Of a stretch of 34,216 bases of DNA, positions 12,740-23,958 are shown piece after piece. Both the position numbers and the translations under genes were made by a program. The number at the start of each line of letters is the position of its first letter. Positions within the stretch are counted from its first letter, which is position 1. The notes beneath the pieces were generated by a model. It saw only the letters and a list, made by a program, of their open reading frames with translations, ran no database searches and was not told the DNA's origin. Origin of the DNA: Vezdaea acicularis (lineage: Eukaryota); the NCBI GenBank assembly GCA_026025075.1, contig JAPEUI010000154.1, positions 1 to 34,216 of the forward strand. Direction: 5' to 3'.

Positions 12740-14019
12740 CTAAGCCTCAAAAGTGAAGCTCGCACCAACCTAAAGGTTGAATAAGCTCCATATGCACACG
12801 ATAAATAGATCTTGGAATTCATACCTTGTGTGATGCCTCTTTAAAGTTCTGGGTATCAAACGAGCCTCCCAATCCGACAGTAACGCCTGGGCGAAGGAGA
12901 ACTTTATAAGCAACAGCAGCGATACCACGGTCGTTCACTTTAGCCTATAACACGACTTGAATTAGACTCGCTACCTTCGATCTGGGTTCTAACCCGGCAT
13001 ATAGATATCTTACCTTAACAGAAGAACTAGGGTCAAGGCGGTAGTTGCTTGCAACTTCTAATCCAACATTGTTGCTCCCTTTCGAATCCCATATGGCCTT
13101 TGCGCCAGCTTCGACCTGAGAATTGACCTTGTGATAATAAGAGGCTGAGAAGACGCTCAAGTTGTGCGAGGCCGTCACAGCAGCGGTATATTCCGGCACA
13201 GTATAACCAATGGCTGCAGCATAACGGGTGATCGCTGCCTTCTGCACATCATATCCAGCCTCAGCACCAACCATGAACCCCTCATGACCGAGTACGGCAT
13301 CGATATTGGCTGTTGGGCCCTTGAGTAGGTCGAAGAACGCGCGGGCATGGAAGTTCGGCTGCTTGAAGTAGAGGTTCAGCTTTGCGCCTTTGTTTTTTGA
13401 GGCTGGGAGGAATGTAGTAAGGAATTCGGCTTTCAGGCCCTTAGTGATTGAGTTGTCGGCCTCAATTTTGGTGTCCAGGGCGTTGTGAGTGGTCCAGGTT
13501 TGAGTGAGGGTGATGCCTGGGCGGCGACAACTCATTAGTATCAAGTAGTTACCGGGTTTACCCGAAACAGCATAATGATGGTCGAACAATTTCGACCGGT
13601 AGAATGGAGAACAGGCGTTGAAATGGTATAAATTACCAGAAGGAATGTCCACATATTTGCCCTCAATCTGAATGCAGCATTAGTCTTGTATTTGCATAGA
13701 CCCGTCGAATCCTACACGAGGTCAAGTTACACGTACTGAACCACTTGGGGATCCCTCGTGAGGTGATTTGCCCTTTACTTGAAAAGTCACGCCATTGGGG
13801 GCTTTCGACTTTACAGTGAGCTCCCCTTAAAAACATGTCAGCAGGTTGTTGCACATAAGCATGCCTGAGGGAGCTGTACCTGCGGAAGCATGGAAGAAAT
13901 CTTTATTGAGGAGCTTGAATCGAGAAGATCTGTTGTTAGTAAAGGGCATTCGAAGCAGTATTTCTAGAGCTCACGTCGTTCGAAGGCTTCGCAATATCAC
14001 TAAAAGCCGGAATAGACAT
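12740..14019 (-). CDS. POR1: Mitochondrial outer membrane porin (VDAC), 283 aa
   Basis: Seven exons: 14019-13975, 13913-13880, 13825-13737, 13667-13637, 13516-13014, 12944-12825 and 12769-12740, totalling 852 nt. MSIPAFSDIAKPSND|LLNKDFFH at the start; HK|VGASFTFEA beta-signal at the C-terminus. Confidence 0.97.
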
Positions 14020-14372
14020 GATGGGCGATTGGTCAAATGTCAATTCGTAACAGGATAGAGATCGTCGTACGATTCGTCAGGCACTTCAATTGATATAGCT
14101 TTTCAAGAATGATGGTGTTTAGGTTGCTCCTGAGCTGTTTAGACGATCGTGGTTGCTACGAGGAAAGTTTCGGGTGGTCCACGAGGCTAGAAAGGATCGT
14201 GCAGCAGCGTTGGTTTTGATTCGTCTAAGGACTTCCACCAATCATGTGTAAGCAAATCTGGCTTCTAAAGTTTCGCGGTCATGTTGAAACGTCAAAGTAT
14301 TCTGCTGGTCGGAACTTTTGCAAGGAAAGCTTCTTTCACTGTAAAATTCGTTCTCCTTGGCTCTCATGAAAG

Positions 14373-15488
14373 ATGGTGTCTCCCGGAACGTAAGTAGATG
14401 TCAGTCTCATCCTAGAATTACAGCTAACGAAGTCCTCAAGCGTCAAAGCTCTTACTTTCACGTTTGCTCCCATGCTATTGCCCCGCATATGGGCCTGGTA
14501 CCAATCTTCAAGGCGGAAGGTCCAGGCACAGAAGCTTCCTATAAGACCATCACCTCATCACGTGAACCGTATACTCAACATCCTTTTCATCAGTGCCCTA
14601 ATTGCGTTCCTTTCTACTTTGCCCTACCTCGAACCCGAAAATATCTTCACCCTTACGGAGTCACGCCTACAAATTTCGAATGAACCCCTCTTCAATCGCC
14701 TCGCTCATATTCGCTCTCCAACAATTGAGGATAATAGTTTAAAATCGAAGCTTGTATCCCTAGATGCGCGCTTGTTGTACCTTCAGTATGGTCCAGATAC
14801 CATAATCAACTGCCTGTTCTGCAACTCCGACAACCCCACTTCATACTTATACTATGCTGTACCATCACTCCTCACGCCTCACATCGCCCACCTCATTCTC
14901 CTAGGTATCTTGACTTCACCTTTCATCGGTGGTAGGGAGAGCAGTGTCTGGCGCACATCCGTTACAATCACCGCTGTTGCATTCGCCGTTTTAAACGTAT
15001 ACTTCGTCGGAGCATACGATTACAAGAACAATACAAAATCGCTACGCCTCAGCGAGATGGATTTCTTTCACTGGCGCATGCGTGTTTACCGTGGTCTGGC
15101 ATTTGCGATCTTCGATGTTGGGTTTGCGGCCGCAATCTATCTTTCTAGCACGAATAGGATGTTCCTCACGCCATTTTCGACGGCTGAGCGACTAGAAAAC
15201 AGCGCCAAAATGCTGCAGAGTGCTAATGGCAAATTACACGCCATTGGCCTCACACGCAATGTGATTTACAGAGACCCGGGGCTCAGGGAAGGCATGGACA
15301 AGTATTGGACTGCTGAGGGAAGGGTGATGGGAGAAGCCCTTGAGCAAAAGGAAGTCGTAGACAGTATTAACAGCGCTTTGACCCGTTTGGACGTAAGAAG
15401 AATTGAAGAGGAGGCTACGACATATGCTGAAAGGATCACGGGCGGCGTACAGATTATGCAAACTGATATCAGCAACGGGAATGTATGA
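14373..15488 (+). CDS. Uncharacterised fungal multi-pass membrane protein, ~354 aa
   Basis: 17-nt first exon 14373-14389; intron 14390-14440 (GTAAGT, GCTAAC, AAG) joins in frame to the 338-aa ORF. Four to five hydrophobic segments, a YLQYGP..INCLFC motif and a helical/coiled C-terminus. Confidence 0.8.
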
Positions 15489-15599
15489 TTGTAAGAGTTA
15501 TTCGACGATATGGGCGGCGCTTGGTTTCTAGGCATTTGATAGCGCTAAAATGCTATAACTGTAATGTCTACATCGATACTAGATCGTATGCCTTCCAAC

Positions 15600-16363
15600 T
15601 CATAACTCCTTCTTTGCCTTTTCCCCCGAGGGGATCGTATAAAATTCTGGCGATGCTCCTTTCCTCGACTTCCCCTCCATCTGACCAACAGCTAACGCCC
15701 ACAATGCAATAAAAGCATCTCCAAGTAGTAGAAGCACGCTCGCGCATGCCAAGCCCCAAATTTGTATGCTTACGCTGCCAATCGGTGCTCTTGGGAACGC
15801 TAGCAGCCACTCGATGTACCCGGGCACCCAGCCCTTAGGTATCCAGAAGATGGCAACCTTCGAATACCAGAATTGCAAGAAGAGTCGGAAGCCATTTGTA
15901 CCAAGCCAGCGCACTTTAGATATTATGGCGATGAAGTTTGATCGGGTGGTCGTGAGCTCCGCATCTACGATCGACAAGCTATTAGAGGTTGCCACAACAG
16001 CGGTAAGAAAGGGGGATAAGCTGACTTATGTTCTCGAGATCGGCGAGCAATTTATCGTGCTGTCGCCGCAGTTTAGCCCATTTAGCAAATTCGTCTTGAC
16101 TGCTCGTGCTGTGCAGCTGTTTGCGGGTTTTGAGATAGTCGCGCTGGAGGACTTTTTGGGTCCTCTGGGAGTTGGATGTTGCGCTTGGGATTCTGAGGAA
16201 TAAGATCCATAACTAGTCGCTGTCAGTCCTTTCATGCAAAGTGTTCCTGTACAAGCTAAGGGAAATGTAGCCTTACTAGGTCGTCAATGGCATTCGCGCC
16301 AACGTTATTGATTATGTGGATTGCAAATTGAAGCAGGAAGACGACCAATAAGAGAGAGACCAT
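15600..16363 (-). CDS. GET1: Guided entry of tail-anchored proteins factor 1 (Get1/WRB), 212 aa
   Basis: Exons 16363-16277, 16212-16026 and 15964-15600. SSQDEFAKWAKLRRQHDK coiled coil; FWIPKGWVPGYIEWLLAFPRAPIGSVSIQIW; C-terminal KKEL. Confidence 0.95.
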
Positions 16364-16620
16364 AGTAGGGGGCTGGGCTTCAAGAGCAAGCTACGCTATC
16401 TGACAAAACAAATCTTAATTTAAGCCAAGACCGGATAGTCGGCCTTGATCTGAGATCTTGACAGTTCAGAAACAGAAACAGAAACCGACACTCGTAGCTC
16501 GGAAGGCTGCTGGCGGCTTTCTTTGCGCCTTGCGCTAAGCTCTCGCTTAACCTTATTTCTAGTGCCAGACCGAATCGGGATTCAAGCCTAGGCTTGCCAG
16601 TATTTGGTAACGAGTCCAAC

Positions 16621-17796
16621 ATGTCAGAATCAGGAGGAAAAAAGGATCGCCCTCTAGCCCGAAACCTTGATACGTTGACGCCAAAGCAGCTATACGGAGA
16701 GTTGAGCTTCTATCTTGGTAAGGAGCGGGACCAGGTCCATGAGCTTGATATTCTTCCCTCAAGCTTCATCATCCCTGTGGGGTCGGTTTCTCCGGTGCTC
16801 CATGAGGGCAATAGCATAGCCATCCGCAAGCGCGACCTTGTCAAGGCCTTCTCGGCAGCTCGAGAAGGGTTTTTTAAAGGATTAGCATCTGCATCTGAGG
16901 AGGGTCACAACGGCAGTTTCAATTACAAACTTCTAGATTCCACCCGAGTCATACTTTTCTTTGATCCCGAGCATCTCACTGCTGCCAATTTTCGCAAAAG
17001 ACATCTTGTATCTCATAAGCAACTTTTCAAAACAAAGAAGTTTGAAAACGGACATGATACAAGGGAAGGAGATTACCTTCATTGCGGTCGCTGCGGTGAA
17101 ATTGCTCTAGCTGGGAAGGCTAGGAAGTGGCCGTTGCTCGCGCACAGCTGCACGTTGCTGGAGGATGCGGTGGCCGTGGAGCTGGCTCTCTCAGAGAGCT
17201 ACTTGACCTCTCCTTTGCATCGCCATTCCAAATCTCCTACGTTATGGAATCATCGACGATGGGTTATCTCTGAATTTGGCCCTGGCCTCACTAAGAAAGC
17301 AGACGTCTCCTTTCGGAAAGGTGAAAAGGAACGTATTAGATTACTTTGCTACAAAGAGCTAGCCGTTGTCATCAAGGCTGCTGAGCGACATCCGAAGAAT
17401 TACTACGCTTGGAATTACTTGCACTTGCTCCTGTCCCAATTAAAGGCCTACGAGATCGATTCTGATCTAATTGGGGGCTTCCGACTGAGAGTTGGCGAAT
17501 GGTGTCAGAAGAATCCTGGCGACACTTCTGGTTGGTCGTTTATGCTAAAGCTGATTTCACCACATGTGTCATTCTATCAGCTTCCCTTACCTCACGAACG
17601 GCAGTTTCAGTGGGATCATGAGGCATTCCGCGTGTTTGCTCGCACGTTGTTAGCTTCCGGAAACAATCTGAACGCCGGGGACCGAAAAGAATACGTCGAC
17701 CAACTCAAGAATAATGATGACAAATTGGTGAAGCAAACCTTAGAGTGGGTGGAGAAGTATTGTGTAGGGTATGATAGGCAAGGAGATCACGCTTGA
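16621..17796 (+). CDS. Protein prenyltransferase alpha-subunit repeat protein (PTAR1/Ecm9-like), ~391 aa
   Basis: Single ORF from ATG 16621. PPTA-repeat motifs DPEHLTAANFRKR, HSKSPTLWNHRRW, AAERHPKNYYAWNY and NPGDTSGWSF. Confidence 0.8.
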   Translation: MSESGGKKDRPLARNLDTLTPKQLYGELSFYLGKERDQVHELDILPSSFIIPVGSVSPVLHEGNSIAIRKRDLVKAFSAAREGFFKGLASASEEGHNGSFNYKLLDSTRVILFFDPEHLTAANFRKRHLVSHKQLFKTKKFENGHDTREGDYLHCGRCGEIALAGKARKWPLLAHSCTLLEDAVAVELALSESYLTSPLHRHSKSPTLWNHRRWVISEFGPGLTKKADVSFRKGEKERIRLLCYKELAVVIKAAERHPKNYYAWNYLHLLLSQLKAYEIDSDLIGGFRLRVGEWCQKNPGDTSGWSFMLKLISPHVSFYQLPLPHERQFQWDHEAFRVFARTLLASGNNLNAGDRKEYVDQLKNNDDKLVKQTLEWVEKYCVGYDRQGDHA

Positions 17797-17823
17797 TTGC
17801 GAGAGTGACCATCCGTTGACCCG

Positions 17824-20221
17824 TCATCGCTCCCACTTCTTATACTCGGCTTCGACTCCTCTTTCTAGGACTGCGCGCTTATCTTGCCCTATGTTTTCCC
17901 CAATTCTGGAGAGCAATCTTTTCCTCATTGAGAGCCTTGGCCGAGCTATCAAATATGTGACAAACCTATCAAGAGGCCTGCGGTCGAGATTCTCGGCCCA
18001 GGCTGCCTCTACTGTACCATTTGCTTCCGTAAAAGCGTCAAAGTTTCGCTCAAGTTCTACCTCATAGGCTGCATCGTCTTCATCTATCTCTTCAGGGGAA
18101 GGCTCCCGGAGACTCTGGATTGGGCCCTGCGATGCAGAGTCCTCACCCCTATCTACTGGCCCTTGCGCACGTGCTGGCCTAATTGGACCACCGGGACCCC
18201 AAAGCCCAGCTTCGATCAAGATATCTCGCAAACCCTCCTCTGGCTCCCGAGACCCATCCGAATGTCTACCTCTTCGCTGGAGCAATCGATCACTGGCAGC
18301 AAGAAATGCCGAAATAAAGTTCTGATTAGTTGACATTTCTTCCAAGTAATTAGACAGATCCGTGTCATCAGCAATGCCCCCATCTGCGGACGCGTGGAAA
18401 ACCGTCGTTGGTTGTATTCTCGGCCCTTGGTTATCGTCTATCGATTCTTGGGCTGCATCCCTAGGAGGCAGCGGATCAGATGAGGAAATTGGTCGAGAGA
18501 TAAACTTTTGCGGAAGGAGGGCGATAAGGGACCGTTCTTCTGTCAGGTAAACGTGACGTGTAGTATCGATATCGATTTCAGAGTCGATTATTTTCCTCGC
18601 TGTGGAGGCTTGAACGTGCTCGGCAATGCCGCAAAGCATCGATATTGCCTCAGGTGTCTTCCAAAGGTCTGCAGCACGGCTCACATAAAGTTCGCACATG
18701 AGTTCCTCCCAGCTTGTTGATGGTTGGGCACCCCATATCGAAGGTGGTATCCGAGATATCTCTAGCTCTTGGAAAAGACGTGCGAAAATGTAAGGATAAG
18801 CCTTGATACTAGACTCGAGAACCTCGCGACAATTTGACGCCTGATTGAGCTGGTAATAGGCGAGTGCTTGTGATATTCGTATATTAGGGAGTTTTTGCCA
18901 TTGGTTCTGGCCCAGATTGCTATTTGAAATGTCTAGAAAGTGCTTAGGTTGACGGGCTCGTAGGGCCAATTGGTCGATAACCAGGCAAATTTTATAGGGG
19001 TCCTCGACAGGAGAAATACTAAGAAGGAGCTTTGCCCATTCATATGCGGTGCGCCACGTGCCGCGCATTCCAAGATTTCTAACGTATCTGTATCCAGCCA
19101 ACCATAACTCTCGGTTTTCGGCATTCTTAAAATCGAGCAAGGCCTTCCCCTGAGACAGGGAGTTTGGAAATGTAGAGTGTACTGCCCGACCAAGGGAAAA
19201 GAGCGCTCTCTCAAGGAGATCGCCAGATGTAGAGTGGTCTCCCTCGTGCTTCGCTATTTCAGAAACTTGCAAAAGGGTTGATATGTGATAAGCTAACTAA
19301 ATGTTAATTTTGAGAGACGTAACAAGATGTGAGAAACGTACGATTGAATTGGAGAAGCTGTATTAATCTCTGAGGATCCATGGAGAGCACACATTCTTCA
19401 AACTGCCTCTGTACATCTTGATACGCGGAATTACGGACAAATCTGTACATCTTCAAGCCGTTTTCCGAGATGTTTGCAAGCTCCATACTAAGTCCCCCAC
19501 CAGGACCTCGTGGCCATTCCTCTTTGCCTGGTATAAAAACATTCCGCCGTAGACTTAGTCCCGCTAGACCTCGAGCCCCTGGGCCGTTGTGACCAGCAAC
19601 TGCCCTGGCCAAGCCTGCTTGTTGTTGTCCTCTTCTTCTCCTAGCATCTCCCACAGCATCTGCCTCATTCTGTTCTGCAGCTGAAGCCGCACGACCAAAT
19701 AATCTTCGCATTTCGTTTGCAGGATTCAGACTTTGATTATCAATGGACAAAGCTTCCCCAAGGGAAGAGGGCATGACCTCAGGATTGAGAGCTGGTGCCT
19801 TTTTCATGGAGAGAGCTTCGACAGCTTTGTCTATCTCGTCCATGCCATCACGTTTGCGATTTGCGACCGAGGGCGGGTTCTTCGCGACCGCCGCCTCAGG
19901 TGTTTGGCCTTTACTACCTATGCTTCCCCTTTTGGGCTTTTTTTTCTTCTTCTTTGGAGTGAAGGCATCCCTAATCCGACGTGTAGAGCTGGCAGTGTTC
20001 GAATAGAGCTCCACTTTCTGATTTTCTGGGTCTACCTCCCCGTCCTCCTCTTGCTCATCTTCCTCCTCTGGATCATCCTCCCCCAATACAGCAAAAGCGG
20101 GCGACTTCGTTGCGATTATCGTGGGGGTCTGCTCCTCATCAGAACCGTCAATATCATCCTCTCGCAATCGTGCAAGCTCCTCCCGTTGCCGTTGGGCTTT
20201 CCGTAACGCTCTAGAAGACAT
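17824..20221 (-). CDS. RQC1: Ribosome quality control complex subunit Rqc1 / TCF25 (DUF654), ~782 aa
   Basis: Exons 20221-19342 and 19292-17824. MSSRALRKAQR start and poly-Lys tract; LNPANEMRRLFG, LLQFN|PYHISTLLQVS, DLLERALF, RGTWRTAYEWAKLLL, IDQLALRARQ. Confidence 0.9.
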
Positions 20222-20768
20222 GAAAGGTCTTTCCTTGTGTAAGCCCTGAAGCGCGATGAAGTTCCCGGTGTAAGTATAAGACTAAGGTGAGAGATATCTT
20301 AGTCAAGCGTCAGGCAGACAGACCACAGCGGGGTAGAGTAGAGACTCGGTAGAGGAAGGGTGAAGATATGAAGAGGTCCTCGAACTCTCTTTTTGCTTTG
20401 GGTATTTCAAAAGAGTGGCGAGCACCAATAAATCTTGCTTGAGCTCAGCTTATGGCCGATCGTTAGCCAGATTTTAGAAAACCTCAGCTCTCACTCTTCC
20501 AGCCTCAACTATTCCTCAGAATTCAATATGGAATAAAAAGCGAAGAGGAAACTTAGCCTCCAAAAAAATAATACACAGCAAATTTAAGTGGCCCGCACTG
20601 CCCAAACAGGAAACGGCCGGGGATCTGCAAGGCAGATCTATACAGATAAGCGAGCTTTAATAGTGCGTCATGACCTGCAGGAACCCTGTAGCATTTGACA
20701 CCCCTCTGCCATTGCCGTGTCTTCTAGCGACAGCTTGAAGAAATGCATCCTATGATCCTATTTAAAAG

Positions 20769-21660
20769 ATGTCTAACTTCATACTGACAACTCCCTCCTC
20801 GCGTGGTATTGGTTTTGCCATTACTCGGCTGCTACTGACCTCGACTACCCTCCCCATTATTGCTACGGCAAGGAAAGATGTTGAGAGGGCGAAGCAGTCC
20901 TTATTGGAGGGATTGAAAGATGTAGACCCGGAAAGGTTACATGTGAGGACGGTGGATGTTACGGGTACCTCAATCTTTCAATCTCTATTCTTCAATGGCT
21001 CAATCACTCATACCCCCACCACCTCGTATGCATTTGCTAATTTACTTGCTTCATATAGATGAAGACACCATCTCCTCTCTCGCCGAAGAACTTCCCTCCC
21101 TCCTTCAATCAACAAAAGAGAGCCCACCCCTCTTACGCCTAGCCTTCGCCATACCAGGAATCTTGCACCCCGAGAAGTCACCGCAGCAAATTCAATATGC
21201 CGATGCTCTAGAGACCTTTAAAGTGAATACATTGGGGCCAATGATGCTGATGAAGCATTTCGCAAGCTACATGCCGCGAAAGAAGAACACACTGGAAGCT
21301 CTTCAAGGCTTGCCAGACCATGCTGTCTGGGCGAGCATGTCAGCCAGGGTGGGAAGCATTAGCGATAATAATTTAGGGGGGTGGTATAGCTATCGCAGTA
21401 GCAAGGCAGGGCTGAATTCACTGATTAAAAGTTTTGATATAAATCTGCAGGGGCGGTGTGGAGATAAGGCGATGGCTGTAGGATTGCATCCTGGGACGGT
21501 GAAGACGGGACTCAGTAAGGAGTTCTGGAGTGGTGTGAAAGAAGGGCATCTATTTGAGCCAGAATGGGCAGCGGAGAGGTTGCTAGAGGTTGTGAGAGGA
21601 AAAGGAGTGAAGGACAGAGGAAAATGCTGGGACTGGGAGGGGAAGGAAGTCCCCCCTTGA
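20769..21660 (+). CDS. Short-chain dehydrogenase/reductase, C-factor (CsgA)-like, 265 aa
   Basis: Exons 20769-20964 and 21059-21660. TPSSRGIG, VDVT|DE, SARVGSISDNNLGGWYSYRSSKAG (YxxxK), LHPGTVKTGLS and WDWEGKEVP. Confidence 0.9.
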
Positions 21661-21763
21661 TGATTCCAAAAGTATATAAATAGTTATTATAGATGAGAGG
21701 TATGGGTATAGGATGCTACATTTATGAAAGGAAGGCACCTATACATGCTTACGCCTATCAAAC

Positions 21764-23516
21764 CTACCTCGAAACCGGCAAAGGTGATGCTACCTGCACA
21801 ATTGGTACAGGAGGCACCGCCGCCTTCGCTTTTAGCATTCGTTTCTCCAGCGTCAACAACCTTACCCTCTCCTCTTTGCCCCTCACCAAATCATTCTCCA
21901 TGCTGCCTCGCCCTGGTTCGAGCCTCCTCCAGCTCCCCCTACTTGCCCGTCCCTGCTCGCCCCACATCGAGAATCTCTGCACCTTGCGAAGCTTGTGCAA
22001 TCCATATGCACATACTATCCCTGCAAATACAAAGCTCCAAGCAGAGATGCCCAAAAAGCCGAGGTTACTGTCCTCCATGAAATTCTTGAGATTCATACCG
22101 TACAGAGCGGCGATGAAGGCGCCGCTGCCAATGCCGAGGGTCCCGATGCTGAATTTGAGGTCGAGTAGCATCAAGCTATTACGGTTTGCATCGAGGATTG
22201 CTTTTACACTAGAAATGGGGGGGAAAGATTAGCGGATGTTTGTGGACAGACACCCGGACATCTTGCGGGACCAGGGCCGAACGATGAATAACTTACATTT
22301 CCTCGGTATTCCGAATATTGCTAACGAGATTTCCACTCGCCTGTACAATCTCATCGCAGACTTTATGGTAACTCTCCAGAAGCATCTCAACTTCCGTATG
22401 CTCGTCTTCCCCCCTTTGTCCACCCTTCGCCTTTTCAGTAAGATACATGGCCGCAAGGTCGTCATCCGCGTCCAGCAGTTCGTCAATGGCGTCCCGCACT
22501 AATTTTGCTTTCTGCTCGAACGTTCCCAGCTTCTTCGAGTAGATGAGCAAGTGCCTAAGCTTGTCCCTATCAATGTCCTCCTCGAGTTCTCTCAATACGC
22601 GCACTACAGGCTCGCGTACACCCTCGAACTCGCCTTCAAGCGCAGATGTCACACTGATAAGAACGGCTTCAATTGCGCGAAACTCGTAAGGGAGCCCACC
22701 AGCCTGGCGTGAGCCGTCTCGCTGGCGAAGCTTTCCTTCCAGGTCGTACATGAAGACCGATTGCGTGTAGGAATCTGTGCTGCCATAGGCGTCGAAGACG
22801 AGAACACGGTTATATTTGATGAGAACGCGGAGGTGGAGGAGGTTCATCAGGATGGCGGAGGGCCGAACCACTATGTTGGGTAGGAGCGAGGAGTCGATCT
22901 TGCGGAGGTCCCGGGGAAGCAGGCCATATCTTGCTATGAGTTCGCTCTTCTTGAACTCTCCGTTTACAAGTGTAACGTTTCCATTCTCATCAAACTCGGT
23001 ACAGCGCAGCTTCATTTCGTTGCTTGCTTTCCCAGCAACGCTTCGACCGATATTGAACATAGAGCTGTCGGCATTTTCATGCTGCGTAAGCTCATCTTCT
23101 CGGGGATGCCGCCCACGTCGTGGCCATACTCGTGGAAACCACGAATGAGAATATGAAGATCCATAGCGCTGTGTGCTTCGTAACGTCTCGGTAGGGTTGC
23201 TGGTATATCGGGGTGTTCCCTTGAGAGGCAAAGTAGAACTGGCTCTCGGATGAAGGAATTCCAGGCTTAGGGAGCTTTGCTCCACGGTCGCTTGCCGCGG
23301 AGCTGACGTACTCAGAGTTCTGATATTTGACGGAGTTGTCTTTGGGGCTCTCCTGAGAGCGCTGATGCCCCATGCTAGGTGTCTTGGGGCATGATCCGTG
23401 AAGCAATAGGTTGGTTTGGGGTTCGACGTGAAGAATAGTAGGCCATCAGACTGCGATTTTAGGAAATGAAGCACTGCGGGAGAAGGAGCTGAGACGCGCA
23501 ACCTAGCCTTTGGCAT
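21764..23516 (-). CDS. MRS2: Mitochondrial inner-membrane Mg2+ transporter, CorA-Mrs2/Lpe10 family, ~554 aa
   Basis: Exons 23516-22297 and 22208-21764. YGLLPRDLRKID, LPYEFRAIEAVL, EMLLESY, NTEEI|VKAILDANRNSLM and the YGMN signature between two TM helices; presequence-like N-terminus. MRS2 versus LPE10 is not resolved. Confidence 0.88.
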
Positions 23517-23958
23517 TGCTCTCGAGCTATAGAGTTGAAAAGAAAGAGTAACAAGAGCACGGAATAACTGAGCTCAAGAAAGGAAAGTCCGATGACCGCA
23601 ATGGGAATTTTCTCGCTTGAAGGCCATGCCCAGCGACTCCGTCGTAAAGCAGGGCGACAGTAATGCTGCGGGTCAACCACCCTCGGAAAGGGCGTAAATA
23701 TCTGCCCTGAGAAGTATACAATCTTTTTTAAAATACCAAGAAATCATACAAGAGATACGTTTGACTCCTCCATAAATTCTCTTAAACCCATTCTTGTGCA
23801 CCTCCGTTGGTGCTGCCGCCATCAGCAGTTGAGCCTTCTTTCTACAGGTCCACTAAGCGAGCGTCACCTTGAATGTGCCCCGGCCTCTCTACTGAGAGAC
23901 GTTTCTACTCTAGCACACATTCTCAACCTTCACCCATCTCCCCTCCACACCTCTTTCA

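Noticed and set aside
13075..13095. TTCGAATCC T-loop-like motif
   Set aside because: It lies in a POR1 coding exon with no cloverleaf. No tRNA was found in the window.
16468..16485. (AGAAAC)3 in the GET1/PTAR1 promoter
   Set aside because: It is too short to distinguish from ordinary slippage.
17818..17826. Stop-codon readthrough to cryptic peroxisomal isoforms (RQC1 TGA-CGG and other stops)
   Set aside because: None of the stops I checked has the TGA-CTA context, and I saw no PTS1-ending extension.
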